Positions 9,065 through 18,573 of a DNA stretch of 64,000 bases are shown here, piece after piece. The notes under the pieces were generated by a model. That model had not been told where the DNA came from and ran no database searches. It worked only from the letters and a program-made list of their open reading frames with translations. Numbering within the stretch: the stretch's first letter is position 1; the number at the start of each line of letters is the position of its first letter. Position numbers and translations under genes: made by a program. The DNA comes from Candidatus Hydrogenedentota bacterium (GTDB lineage: Bacteria > Hydrogenedentota > Hydrogenedentia > Hydrogenedentales > SLHB01): contig JARKSN010000288.1 in NCBI GenBank assembly GCA_029974275.1, positions 32,001-96,000 of the forward strand. The letters run 5' to 3'.

Positions 9065-11494
9065 TCACTCGAGATGCCGCTCGAAATTGAAGGTGGACGC
9101 GGCCGCTTCGGGATCCTCGGCGGCCAGCGCGCGGCGCATGGCGCGAAGCGGATCGGGGTCGAGCGTTAGATCGTATACCAGCGCGTACACGCCTTGCGCG
9201 CGCAAGCCGGAGACGTGCTTGCGCAGGTGGAACGGCTGTGCGGGGGTCACGGTGACGATGCCTTCGCGACGCTCGACCCGCACGCGCAAGCGAGGCGTCT
9301 GGAGCCGGTATTCGCCGTCGGGCGGCGCCGGAACGCGCGATTGAAACAACGGCGCGTGCCCGTACACGCACACGGCCGTCTGCGCCGGGGGCGCGCATCG
9401 AAGAAGCCCCGCAAGCCCTTCGGCGTCGCCTTCGATGCTGTACGTCACGACATCCGCGCCAAGTTCGCGCAGTTGCGCGTGACACGCCGCATTGAGACAC
9501 CCAATGCCCGGCGCGGTCATCACGAACAGATTGCGGCGTCCGGTTGCATGCAAGAGCTGAAAATGCGCCAGGTTCGACGCCTCGAACCGACGCAGACCCA
9601 GCGCGAGCGCCTGGCGGATCCGCTCGGCGGCATGCGCGCGATCATCCGTCGTAAACTGAAACGTCGGCAGCGCCAACACAAGCCGTTCGCGATGGCTGGA
9701 CGTGCGCGCAAAACGCCGGAACTCGTGATTCTCCACGTCGCGCAATGGCAGGACCACATCGCACCCCGCCCCCTCGTCGCCCAGCGAAGCCACGTCCGCG
9801 AACGCGTTCAGCCGTATCATGGTGCGCGTTTCGGCCGCAGGCGCCTCGTTCGCCGCCTGGCAGACCTCCTCCAAAACTGCGTCTCGCTGCCGATCCAGCG
9901 CATCCGTCAACTGCGCCAATGCACGATCGCGAAACGCCTCCCATTCGGTCATGCCAACGCGCACTTCCGGGTCCATCTCCGGCCCCACCCCAACGTCGAG
10001 GCGGACCGCAAACGCCTCGCTGCCCGTGCGCAACACGCGCAATGCGTCCTGTAACGGGATGGCGCCGGCCCACGTTTGCCGTTGATTCACGCGAAATGAC
10101 TCGGCGCCCGCGGTGACCTTCAGCGCAAGGTCGTTGCGCCCACCGGGGCTCAGCCACGCGGCAAACGCCGTCTTGGACCGCGCCGTTGCCTCGGCCCACT
10201 GCCGGTCGAACAGCCGCGCGGCGCCGCGTTCGACTGCGTCCGCATCCGCCGCCTTAATCACCCGAGAGCCCGCCGGAACGACAAACGGGGCTTCGAGCTC
10301 CACGCGCTGGCCCGCGTGGCATCGCTTGATGACGCGGTCTTCGAGACGCAGATCGCGCACGACGAATCCGCGCGGGGCCTCGTTCGGCCTTATCTGCACG
10401 CGCAAACGGTCTCCCGCTTTCACGGGCGCGCTCGGAATCAGCCCAAACCGTCCATGCTTGCCAGGCAGCGCTTCGCCCAGCGCCCGGCCGCTCTGCGTCT
10501 CGGCGGGGTCGCCCAGGATATGCGCCGGCTCCGCGGACACATAGAAACCGGCGCTTCGTTCACGCCCCACCGCGCGATCGAAACAGCGCTTTGCTTCGTC
10601 GATGATCTCCGCGGTGATTCTCGGATATGCGTCAACCAAGAGGCGATACGCCCGAACCGTCTGCGCGATGGTCTCCGCGGGCTTCAGGCGGCCTTCGATT
10701 TTGAAGGAGCGGATGCCGCAGGGAATGAGTTGCTCCAAAACCGGACCGGCATTCAAGTCGCGCATGGAAAAAAGCGCCTGCTCGTTTCCCGCCTCCCCGT
10801 TTCCTGTCGCGAAAGCGCGCCGGCATGGCTGCATGCAGCGCCCGCGGTTTGCGCTTCTGCCGTGCGCGTAGCTGCTGAACAGACACTGACCCGAAATCGA
10901 GTAGCAGTGCGCCCCGTGAACGAAGGTTTCGAGTTCGATGGTGCACGACGCGCGGATGTTCCGGATTTCGTCCAAGGTGAGCTCGCGCGCGAGGATGACG
11001 CGTTCCAACCCCATCCGTTGCGCCTGCAACGCGCCGTCGAGATTATGAATGGTCATCTGCGTCGACGCATGCAGCGGCATTTCCGGAGCCAGTTTTCGCG
11101 CAAGGCGGTAGACGCCGAGGTCCTGAACGATCAGCGCGTCCGGTTGGATGCGGCGCAAGGCGTCGAGCGTCCGCACAAGCTCGGGCAACTCATCTTGGCG
11201 GACGAGCGTGTTGAGCGTCACGTACAGCCGCCGCCCTTGCGCATGCGCAAACGCCGTCATGCGCGCGATATCGTCCATCGAGAAATTGGCTGCCCGCAAC
11301 CGTGCATTGAAATTTTGCGCGCCAACGTACACCGCGTCCGCGCCTGCGGCAAGCGCGGCGAAGAAGGTCTCGATGCGCCCCGCCGGAGCGAGCAATTCCG
11401 GCTTGGCGCCCGATTTCCATGCAGCCAGACGCGCCTTGCGCGGCAACAACGGGGCCACGGGACGCCGACGATCTGGGGAAGAGTGCGATGCCAT
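9065..11494 (-). CDS. Peptidase U32 family, long form (RlhA-like RNA hydroxylation protein)
   Basis: PELLAPAG, GADAVYVG, FNAR, LHASTQM, LAREL, FVHGAHCYSISGQC...NRGRCMQPCR, KIEGR. Confidence 0.85.
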   Translation of the reverse strand: MASHSSPDRRRPVAPLLPRKARLAAWKSGAKPELLAPAGRIETFFAALAAGADAVYVGAQNFNARLRAANFSMDDIARMTAFAHAQGRRLYVTLNTLVRQDELPELVRTLDALRRIQPDALIVQDLGVYRLARKLAPEMPLHASTQMTIHNLDGALQAQRMGLERVILARELTLDEIRNIRASCTIELETFVHGAHCYSISGQCLFSSYAHGRSANRGRCMQPCRRAFATGNGEAGNEQALFSMRDLNAGPVLEQLIPCGIRSFKIEGRLKPAETIAQTVRAYRLLVDAYPRITAEIIDEAKRCFDRAVGRERSAGFYVSAEPAHILGDPAETQSGRALGEALPGKHGRFGLIPSAPVKAGDRLRVQIRPNEAPRGFVVRDLRLEDRVIKRCHAGQRVELEAPFVVPAGSRVIKAADADAVERGAARLFDRQWAEATARSKTAFAAWLSPGGRNDLALKVTAGAESFRVNQRQTWAGAIPLQDALRVLRTGSEAFAVRLDVGVGPEMDPEVRVGMTEWEAFRDRALAQLTDALDRQRDAVLEEVCQAANEAPAAETRTMIRLNAFADVASLGDEGAGCDVVLPLRDVENHEFRRFARTSSHRERLVLALPTFQFTTDDRAHAAERIRQALALGLRRFEASNLAHFQLLHATGRRNLFVMTAPGIGCLNAACHAQLRELGADVVTYSIEGDAEGLAGLLRCAPPAQTAVCVYGHAPLFQSRVPAPPDGEYRLQTPRLRVRVERREGIVTVTPAQPFHLRKHVSGLRAQGVYALVYDLTLDPDPLRAMRRALAAEDPEAAASTFNFERHLE

Positions 11495-11552
11495 GCCGAT
11501 GGGCTCCTCTCAACCGATCAGCCGAAACAATGTGCGCGGCGGAATGGCGATC

Positions 11553-11966
11553 CTATTCGGCGGCGGATGGAGCAGGCGCGCCCGAAACGGACGGCTTGAC
11601 TTGGCCGGGCGCCTTCATGGTGCAACGGCCCTCGAAAACGACGCCCTCGTCAATGCTGAGACGCGGGGCGGTGATGGTGATATCTCCGATAAGCTTGCCT
11701 TTGGACGATATCTCGAGACGTTCATGGGCGAAAACGTTGCCCTCCACCTCGCCGCTAATGGCGATCTGGCCGGCGACAAGATCGGCCTTGACCTTGCCGG
11801 TTTCCTGGATCACGATGGAGTCATCGCAGTGGATGCAGCCGGAAACGGATCCTTCCACGCGGATCGTGCCGGTGGATTTGACTTCGCCGACCACGGTCGT
11901 GCCCTGACCGATAATGGTGACGACTTTCGTCTCGCTGTAATTTCGTTTTCGTCCTGAATCGAGCAT
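11553..11966 (-). CDS. Bactofilin (polymer-forming cytoskeletal protein, CcmA family)
   Basis: TIIG.GT...G...G.IRVEG.V.G beta-helix repeats ending L.I.EG..FEG.C.M; next to an M23 peptidase. Confidence 0.92.
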   Translation of the reverse strand: MLDSGRKRNYSETKVVTIIGQGTTVVGEVKSTGTIRVEGSVSGCIHCDDSIVIQETGKVKADLVAGQIAISGEVEGNVFAHERLEISSKGKLIGDITITAPRLSIDEGVVFEGRCTMKAPGQVKPSVSGAPAPSAAE

Positions 11967-11987
11967 GGCGCGTTTCCTCTAATGAAG

Positions 11988-12011
11988 CGCCCCCAATCCG
12001 GATTGGGGGCG
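11988..12011. repeat. Perfect 24-bp palindrome
   Basis: CGCCCCCAATCCGGATTGGGGGCG equals its own reverse complement. Confidence 0.85.
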
Positions 12012-12061
12012 ACGTCGAGGGGCATGATACCTTAGATGGACCGCCCGGCGCTAGTAAGGCC

Positions 12062-13081
12062 TTAGTTGCCCAGATAATTTTCCGGATCAACCGCGACGCC
12101 GCTGAGGCGCACTTCGTAGTGACAGTGATTTCCGGTGCTGCGGCCCGTGCTTCCCACCAAGCCGATCACGTCGCCGCGCCCCACTTCCTGCCCCGGCTTG
12201 GCAAGACGCTCGCTCATGTGACCGTACAACGTCTCGAATCCGTCTCCGTGACGGATAACCACAACATTGCCGTAGTCGCCGTCGTAGGCGGACGTGACGA
12301 CGACGCCGCGCGCGACGGCATAAATCTTGGTCCCGTACGGCGCGCGAATATCGAGGCCTTCATGCCGCGAAAGCCGATGCGTGAACGGATCGAAACGCAG
12401 GCCGAACCCCGAACTGATCTGGCGTTGGCGGCTGAGAACGGGCCAGCCAAGCGGCGTGCGTTCGATCCGATCGCGCTTGGCGTCCATCGCGGTCAACAAC
12501 TCGCGCAAACTCTCCGTGCGCAGATTGATTTCCTGAATGATGAGATCCGCCGGGGGCCGGGAAAGACCGTAGATAAGCTGCGGCGGCCCCATCATATCGT
12601 CCGATGCCGTCTGCGCCGGCAACGGACCGCCGCCGTCCAACGGACCGCCCTTGCCGTTGTTCTCTTTCCCGGGAGTCATGTTCATCATGACGCCGTACGG
12701 ATGCTTGATCTTGGGCGGAAGCTTCTGCACCCGGCGAATGCTATCCTCCAAATCGCGCAATTCGCTCAATTCGCGAGCAACCACCGCATTCTGCTCTTCG
12801 TACTCGGCCCGGACCCGGCGCTCGATTTCCGCGCGTTCTTCGTCGGTGAGACCCGTCGTTGTCGCAGGCGCTTCGGAGCGCGCCCGAGCCAATTCGTGAT
12901 TGCTCTTTTCCAGAATGCGCGCATGCGTCTGCGCCGCTTGAAACCATTGGAAGAAAAACGCCGACGTAAACGCCAGCCCGAGGAGAATGACAATGAATAG
13001 CCACAGTTGAAACGAGTACAAGTGGAGCGTTCGCGTAACCCCTTGGCCTTGGGGGACGAGCATGACGGTCCATTTCTTCAT
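12062..13081 (-). CDS. Membrane-anchored M23 family metallopeptidase
   Basis: N-terminal KKWTVMLVP plus TM helix, coiled coil, then ISSGFGLRFDPF, HEGLD (HxxxD), YGHMS, GRSTGNHCHYEV (HxH). Confidence 0.93.
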   Translation of the reverse strand: MKKWTVMLVPQGQGVTRTLHLYSFQLWLFIVILLGLAFTSAFFFQWFQAAQTHARILEKSNHELARARSEAPATTTGLTDEERAEIERRVRAEYEEQNAVVARELSELRDLEDSIRRVQKLPPKIKHPYGVMMNMTPGKENNGKGGPLDGGGPLPAQTASDDMMGPPQLIYGLSRPPADLIIQEINLRTESLRELLTAMDAKRDRIERTPLGWPVLSRQRQISSGFGLRFDPFTHRLSRHEGLDIRAPYGTKIYAVARGVVVTSAYDGDYGNVVVIRHGDGFETLYGHMSERLAKPGQEVGRGDVIGLVGSTGRSTGNHCHYEVRLSGVAVDPENYLGN

Positions 13082-13179
13082 CGTAGGCGGTCTCTCCAGG
13101 AGCGCCGCTCCTCGCGGGGAAACTATCCGGGCTCCGGATAGACTTCTTTCGGACCCATCCGCGCGGAACGGCGCTTGCC

Positions 13180-13242
13180 CTTCCTATACGACAGGTTCCC
13201 GAACTCCCCCTCGAGGCACAAACTTCTATACCAGAAGTTCCC
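13180..13242. promoter_or_regulatory. Tandem direct repeat, candidate operator
   Basis: CTTCCTATACgacagGTTCCC (13180-13200) and CTTCTATACcagaaGTTCCC (13223-13242), 42 bp apart. Confidence 0.4.
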
Positions 13243-13371
13243 CGATGGCGCTCCTTTGTCGGCACATCCAAAGCCGCACCTTGGACATGCTTTCCTTCCA
13301 CGTTGGAAGAACGACAGGTGCTCTTGTCTTTATACCTGCATCGCGTCTTGGGTTCCCGCCCAAGACGCCGG

Positions 13372-13400
13372 ACTATACCACGACCTCGCGCTCAAGTCAA
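13372..13400 (-). promoter_or_regulatory. Sigma70-type promoter for the M23-bactofilin unit
   Basis: Minus strand TTGACT-17nt-TATAGT with TG extended -10; AT-rich UP-like tract at 13410-13460. Confidence 0.7.
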
Positions 13401-13482
13401 CCCCAAAAGCGCTTATATGTAATGAAATAATAGCAATAATTGAAATAATTTATTTTTTGCGGCCTATACAATACGGATGTAT

Positions 13483-14058
13483 TCAGCTTTTCGCGGGCGT
13501 CATGCTATCGGAAAAGCCTGTAACGAACATTTCCACGAAATGCTCGGGGCGTTTGTCTGGATAGCGCCGCCGGTTGAAGACCTCGACCAACCGCGCATAG
13601 TCTTCCTGGTGCGCGGAATCCGCCGTATACAACGCATACAACGGCCCTGTCTCGTAGAGACCGTCCCGATGCCGGGGACAGCCCACATCCGTATGAAGAC
13701 TGAACGCCTTGAATGCGCCCGCGCGCGTTTCGTGCAGCTTGAACGGATACAAGCGGCACAAGATGGGGCGCGCCTCGTAGGCGGTGCAAAATCGCGTCTT
13801 CGGGTGCAAAAAGTAGCATCCCTTTTTACCGCGCCGCAATGCCATGATATAGCGCTTCCCCTGGCAATCGAGCCACGTCGGGTCGCTCTTGTTGACGCCG
13901 GTGACATCTTCCGGAGTCAAAAACGCCAAAAAGGCATAGGGGTTTTGGCCGGTCTGCTTGACGATGCGGATGACGTCCCACGGGGTGGGCAGACACACCA
14001 CATCGGTGCAACAGTGGCCGCAGTGATGACAGCGAAAATGGACGGTATGCGTTCCCAT
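13483..14058 (-). CDS. YkgJ family cysteine-cluster (Zn/Fe-S binding) protein
   Basis: FRCHHCGHCC ... CYFL...C..YEARP.LCRLYPF ... CP. Confidence 0.85.
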   Translation of the reverse strand: MGTHTVHFRCHHCGHCCTDVVCLPTPWDVIRIVKQTGQNPYAFLAFLTPEDVTGVNKSDPTWLDCQGKRYIMALRRGKKGCYFLHPKTRFCTAYEARPILCRLYPFKLHETRAGAFKAFSLHTDVGCPRHRDGLYETGPLYALYTADSAHQEDYARLVEVFNRRRYPDKRPEHFVEMFVTGFSDSMTPAKS

Positions 14059-14607
14059 GGCGCCAAACGATACCGGTTTTGACTTCGCGGCGCAAGAGAA
14101 ATGTGCAGGACCGGGGCGCGGCAGGCAAGGGGGCTTTTATTGCTCCCGAAGGTTCGGTATACTCGGCAGGTTCGTGCGTGGGGGCCGTTGCCCGCGATGA
14201 AACGTTTGCCGAAGACAGAGGTCTCGCGGAACATCGTGTTGGAGCAAATCGCTCCCGCTGCGCCCCAATGCTTGAACGGGAGCGCATCCAGGTCGTCCGT
14301 CCGAGCAATGCGAAAAATGCGCGATTGCCTCGCTGTAGGGGCCGCAGGAGCCAATAAGCATCCCGGAGCGGGTTTCCCCGCGAGCAGGGCGGGCAAGTCG
14401 CGCTTTCCAGGCCAGGCCTCTGGAAATCCTTCCTTTTCCTGCGGTTATGGAGGGAATGCCGACGGTTGATCGCTTGTTGCCCCTATGCGCACGATCGTAT
14501 CAAAAAGCGCGGGCGAGGAAAGGGAAACCGCCCCTCCGGGAGATGTTTCGCCGGGAACAAGGATAAGCGGAGTCTACACCCCCCCCAAAAGGAAGTAGAG
14601 GTAGTCC

Positions 14608-16146
14608 ATGCCGTCCGTTGCGGGTTCAAATCAAGAGAACGCCGATGCGCGCGCCCAAAAGCCGCCTTCGGGAAACGACACGTACTCCGGAACGCGCGTG
14701 GAGCAGAGCACGCGCGAACTCGAGGAGCTTGCCAATCAGCAGTACAAGCACGGTTGGGTGACGGAGATTGAGCAGGACGTTATCGAGCGCGGTTTGACGG
14801 AGGACACGGTTCGGCTAATTTCTGCCAAAAAGGAAGAACCGGAGTGGTTGCTCGAGTGGCGGTTGAAGGCGTTCCGGCATTGGCAGACGATGACCGAACC
14901 GACGTGGGCGAATGTCCACTATCCCGCCATCGACTACCAGCATCAGCGCTACTACGCTGCGCCGAAGCGCAAGGCCGCGCCGCTGAGCAGTCTCGATGAC
15001 GTCGACCAAAAACTGCTCCAGACGTTCGACAAACTGGGCATTCCGCTGGAGGAACAAAAACGGTTGTCGGGCGTGGCGGTCGACGCGGTGTTCGACAGCG
15101 TGTCCGTTGCCACGACCCACAAGGACATCCTTGCGAAAAAGGGGATTATCTTCTGTTCCTTCTCCGAAGCCGTGAAGGAACATCCGGACTTGGTGCGCGA
15201 GCATCTGGGATCGGTGGTGCCGTATGCCGACAATTTTTTCGCGGCGTTGAACTCGGCTGTCTTCAGCGACGGATCGTTCTGTTTCGTGCCGAAGGGCGTA
15301 AAGTGCCCGATGGATTTGTCCACGTATTTCCGCATCAACGCTGCGGAGACCGGTCAGTTCGAGCGCACGCTCATCGTCGCCGCGGAGGGCGCTTCGGTGA
15401 ACTACCTTGAAGGCTGCACGGCGCCGCAACGCGACGAGAATCAATTGCACGCGGCGGTCGTCGAGTTGGTCGCGCTGGACGATGCGACGATCAACTACTC
15501 GACCGTGCAGAACTGGTATGCGGGCGATAGGGACGGCAAGGGCGGCATCTACAATTTCGTGACGAAGCGCGGCAAGTGCGCCGGGCGCAATTCACATATC
15601 TCGTGGACGCAGGTGGAGACGGGTTCCGCGATCACCTGGAAATACCCCGGCTGCCTCCTGCAGGGCGAGAACTCGATTGGCGAATTTTATTCGGTGGCGT
15701 TGAGCACGAATTACCAACAGGCCGACACCGGCACGAAGATGATCCATCTCGGCGCGAACACGCGCAGCACGGTGATCTCGAAAACCATCTCTGCGCGCAA
15801 CGGCAACAACAGCTACCGCGGCCAGATCAAGGTCATGCCGAAGGCCCACAACGCGCGCAACTACACGCAATGCGATTCGCTCCTCATCGGCGATCAATGC
15901 GGCGCGCACACGTTCCCGTATATCGAGGTGAAAAACCCGACGGCGCATGTAGAACACGAGGCCTCGACCTCAAAGATCAGCGAAGACCAATTGTTCTACT
16001 GCAAGCAACGCGGCATCAGCCAAGAAGACGCGATATCGATGGTGATTAACGGTTTTTGCAAAGAAGTGTTCGAGCACCTGCCGATGGAGTTTGCCGTCGA
16101 AGCCACCAAGTTGCTCGGAGTCAGTCTGGAAGGGAGTGTCGGCTAA
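14608..16146 (+). CDS. sufB: Fe-S cluster assembly protein SufB
   Basis: [64 protein letters not shown]. Confidence 0.98.
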   Translation: MPSVAGSNQENADARAQKPPSGNDTYSGTRVEQSTRELEELANQQYKHGWVTEIEQDVIERGLTEDTVRLISAKKEEPEWLLEWRLKAFRHWQTMTEPTWANVHYPAIDYQHQRYYAAPKRKAAPLSSLDDVDQKLLQTFDKLGIPLEEQKRLSGVAVDAVFDSVSVATTHKDILAKKGIIFCSFSEAVKEHPDLVREHLGSVVPYADNFFAALNSAVFSDGSFCFVPKGVKCPMDLSTYFRINAAETGQFERTLIVAAEGASVNYLEGCTAPQRDENQLHAAVVELVALDDATINYSTVQNWYAGDRDGKGGIYNFVTKRGKCAGRNSHISWTQVETGSAITWKYPGCLLQGENSIGEFYSVALSTNYQQADTGTKMIHLGANTRSTVISKTISARNGNNSYRGQIKVMPKAHNARNYTQCDSLLIGDQCGAHTFPYIEVKNPTAHVEHEASTSKISEDQLFYCKQRGISQEDAISMVINGFCKEVFEHLPMEFAVEATKLLGVSLEGSVG

Positions 16147-16901
16147 TGCTTGAAATCAAGAACTTGCATGCGACCGTCGAAGGAAACGAAATCCTGCGCG
16201 GCGTCAACCTCACCGTGAACGCGGGCGAGACGCACGCCATCATGGGGCCGAACGGTTCGGGCAAGAGCACGCTTGCGGGCGTGCTGGCCGGCAACGAGGC
16301 GTATGACGTGACCGACGGCAGCGTGTCGTTTTTGGGCCGCGACCTGCTCGAACTGCCCGCGGAAGAGCGCGCGCGGTTGGGGTTGTTTCTGGCGTTTCAG
16401 TATCCCGTGGAGATTCCGGGCATTTCGAATGCCTATTTCCTGCAGGCGGCGCTGAATGAGATTCGCAAGAGCAATGGCCTCGACGAACTCGACGCAATGG
16501 AGTTCCGCGAGTTTCTTGAAGAGAAGATGGACTTCGTCAAAATAGACAGGAAATTCGCGGATCGCCCCGTGAATGAGGGTTTTTCCGGCGGCGAGAAGAA
16601 GCGCAACGAGATCTTGCAGATGGCCGTGCTGGAACCGAAACTGGCGATCCTCGACGAGACGGATTCCGGGCTCGACATCGACGCGCTGCGCATCGTGTCC
16701 GAAGGCGTGAACAAGTTGCGCTCGGAAAACCGCGCCGTCGTGATGGTGACGCACTATCAGCGGTTGCTGAGCTATATCGTGCCGGATTTTGTCCACGTGC
16801 TGTACAAAGGACGGATCGTCAAGTCCGGCGGGAAGGATCTGGCCCTCGAACTTGAAGAAAAGGGCTACGATTGGATCAAAGAAGAAGTCGCGGCAGTTTG
16901 A
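16146..16901 (+). CDS. sufC: Fe-S cluster assembly ATPase SufC
   Basis: [55 protein letters not shown] coupling to sufB. Confidence 0.98.
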   Translation: MLEIKNLHATVEGNEILRGVNLTVNAGETHAIMGPNGSGKSTLAGVLAGNEAYDVTDGSVSFLGRDLLELPAEERARLGLFLAFQYPVEIPGISNAYFLQAALNEIRKSNGLDELDAMEFREFLEEKMDFVKIDRKFADRPVNEGFSGGEKKRNEILQMAVLEPKLAILDETDSGLDIDALRIVSEGVNKLRSENRAVVMVTHYQRLLSYIVPDFVHVLYKGRIVKSGGKDLALELEEKGYDWIKEEVAAV

Positions 16902-16902
16902 C

Positions 16903-16994
16903 TTCTTCTCTGCGACCTTAGCGCGCTCTGCGACTCTGCGTTCAAAAATCTCAACGCAGAGATGCAGAGAACGCAAAGGCCGCAGAGGGAAGAA
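16903..16994. repeat. Modular inverted repeat (family B, CTCTGCG / CGCAGAG units)
   Basis: CTCTGCGACCTTAGCGCGCTCTGCGACTCTGCGTT-CAAAAATCTC-AACGCAGAGATGCAGAGAACGCAAAGGCCGCAGAG. Confidence 0.8.
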
Positions 16995-17036
16995 TCTGTT
17001 GTTGTATTCTTCTCCATGATTTCTTGGAGTTTATAC

Positions 17037-18362
17037 ATGACCGAAGTGAAGAATCCCGAGCAAAAACAAGCGTATCTCACGGCCATTAATGCCCTGGCGC
17101 AGACACAAGCGCCAGAGTGGGCGGGGGCGTTGCGCAGGAGCGGTGCGGAACGTTTTGCCGAGTTGCCGTTCCCGGATCGACGGCAGGAAGAGTGGCGCTT
17201 CACCAACATCGCGCCCATCCTGAAGATGCCGTTCGCGCCCGTTGCGGCAAGCGCGCCATCGATTGGCAACGGCGACATTGCCCCGTTCTTGTATCACGAA
17301 GCAGCTTGGGCGGAATTGGTCTTTGTAGACGGCCGTTACAACGCCGCGTTGTCGCGCACGGTCTCGCTGCCGAAGGGCATGTACGCCGGAAGTCTGGCCG
17401 AGGCGATCCGCGACGAACATCCTGTCGCAAAAGAACACCTGGGTCACTACGCGGGGAATGGCGTGTCGACCGTCTTTACCGCTCTGAACACCGCATTGTT
17501 TCAAGACGGCGCGTTTGTCTACGCGCCGAAGGGCGTCGCCCTCGAAGCGCCGGTGCATCTTGTGTTTGTAGCGACTTCGGCGGCGGCGGGCAAGACGGCG
17601 AACCCGCGCAATTTGATCGTCTTGGACGAATCCGCCGAACTGAAGCTGATCGAGAGCTGCGTGTCGGCCGTGAACGACGCCGCCTATTTCGCCAACGCCG
17701 TAACCGAGACCTCGATCGGGGAGAACGCCGCGCTCTATCGCGTCAAGTTCGTCGATGAAGCGCCGAATGCCTTCCATCTGGCCACGGCACGCGTGCGCCA
17801 GGCTCGGAACAGCCGCTACACGTCCTATGTGTTTACCGCTGGCGGACGTATTGTGCGCAACGAGGACAAGGCATTGCTCGACGGCGAGGGCGCGGACTGT
17901 TCGCTGAACGGGCTCTACATGACCGACGGTTCGATGCTGGCCGACAACGCGACCGGCATCGATCATGCCAAGCCGCATTGCACCAGTTGGATTGGCTACA
18001 AGGGCATTCTCGCCGATGCGAGCGCCGGCGTGTTCAGCGGCGGCATCCGGGTGCAGCGCGGAGCCCAGAAGACGAGTTCGCAGCAGCTCAACCGCAATCT
18101 GCTGCTATCGGACAAGGCGACGGTCGACACGAAACCCTTGCTGGAGATTTTCGCCGACGACGTGAAATGCACGCACGGCGCGACCATCGGCCAGCCGCCG
18201 AAGGAGCTGGTGTATTATTTCCAGACGCGCGGGATGAGCCCCGAAACCGCACGCGGCATCTTGACCTATGGCTTCGCGGACGAAATCGTCGCGCAGCTAA
18301 CGATGGAGCCGGTGCGTGCACGGTTGGATCGCTTGGTGTTTGACAAGTACAGCCCAAAATGA
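17037..18362 (+). CDS. sufD: Fe-S cluster assembly protein SufD
   Basis: EEWRFT, FTALNTA, NPRNLI, GVFSG.I.V...AQKT, KP.LEIFADDVKCTHGATIG. Confidence 0.96.
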   Translation: MTEVKNPEQKQAYLTAINALAQTQAPEWAGALRRSGAERFAELPFPDRRQEEWRFTNIAPILKMPFAPVAASAPSIGNGDIAPFLYHEAAWAELVFVDGRYNAALSRTVSLPKGMYAGSLAEAIRDEHPVAKEHLGHYAGNGVSTVFTALNTALFQDGAFVYAPKGVALEAPVHLVFVATSAAAGKTANPRNLIVLDESAELKLIESCVSAVNDAAYFANAVTETSIGENAALYRVKFVDEAPNAFHLATARVRQARNSRYTSYVFTAGGRIVRNEDKALLDGEGADCSLNGLYMTDGSMLADNATGIDHAKPHCTSWIGYKGILADASAGVFSGGIRVQRGAQKTSSQQLNRNLLLSDKATVDTKPLLEIFADDVKCTHGATIGQPPKELVYYFQTRGMSPETARGILTYGFADEIVAQLTMEPVRARLDRLVFDKYSPK

Positions 18363-18396
18363 ACGATGATACGCGGCTGTTAGAAATGAAAGAACG

Positions 18397-18556
18397 GATT
18401 TAACACAAAGACACAAAGGATGAAAGAATTGGACGCAGAGGCCGCAGAGAAAGTTAAATGACTTTCATCTGTGTTTATCTGTGTGATCTGTAATTGATTT
18501 CTTCCTCTTCCCTTTGTGAGTCTCTGTGTCCTTTGTGCCTTTGTGGTGAATCTTAA
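18397..18556. repeat. Modular inverted repeat (family B, CACAAAG / CTTTGTG units)
   Basis: 24-bp arms 18397-18420 and 18529-18552 (3 mismatches); ends GTGGTGAATCTTAA like the copy ending at 36560. Confidence 0.75.
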
Positions 18557-18573
18557 AAACGAAAGGTGTTGCC

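Noticed and set aside
13405..13480. AT-rich tract as oriC or dif
   Set aside because: No DnaA-box cluster or XerC/D-site consensus; better explained as a promoter UP element and 3' region
14164..14470. tmRNA, 6S RNA or a small ORF upstream of sufB
   Set aside because: No tRNA-like 3' end (GTTCGA..CCA), no clear 6S-like long stem, and the ORFs have no recognisable features
16903..18556. CRISPR array
   Set aside because: The repeats are inverted and short-period with no unique spacers, and there are no cas genes
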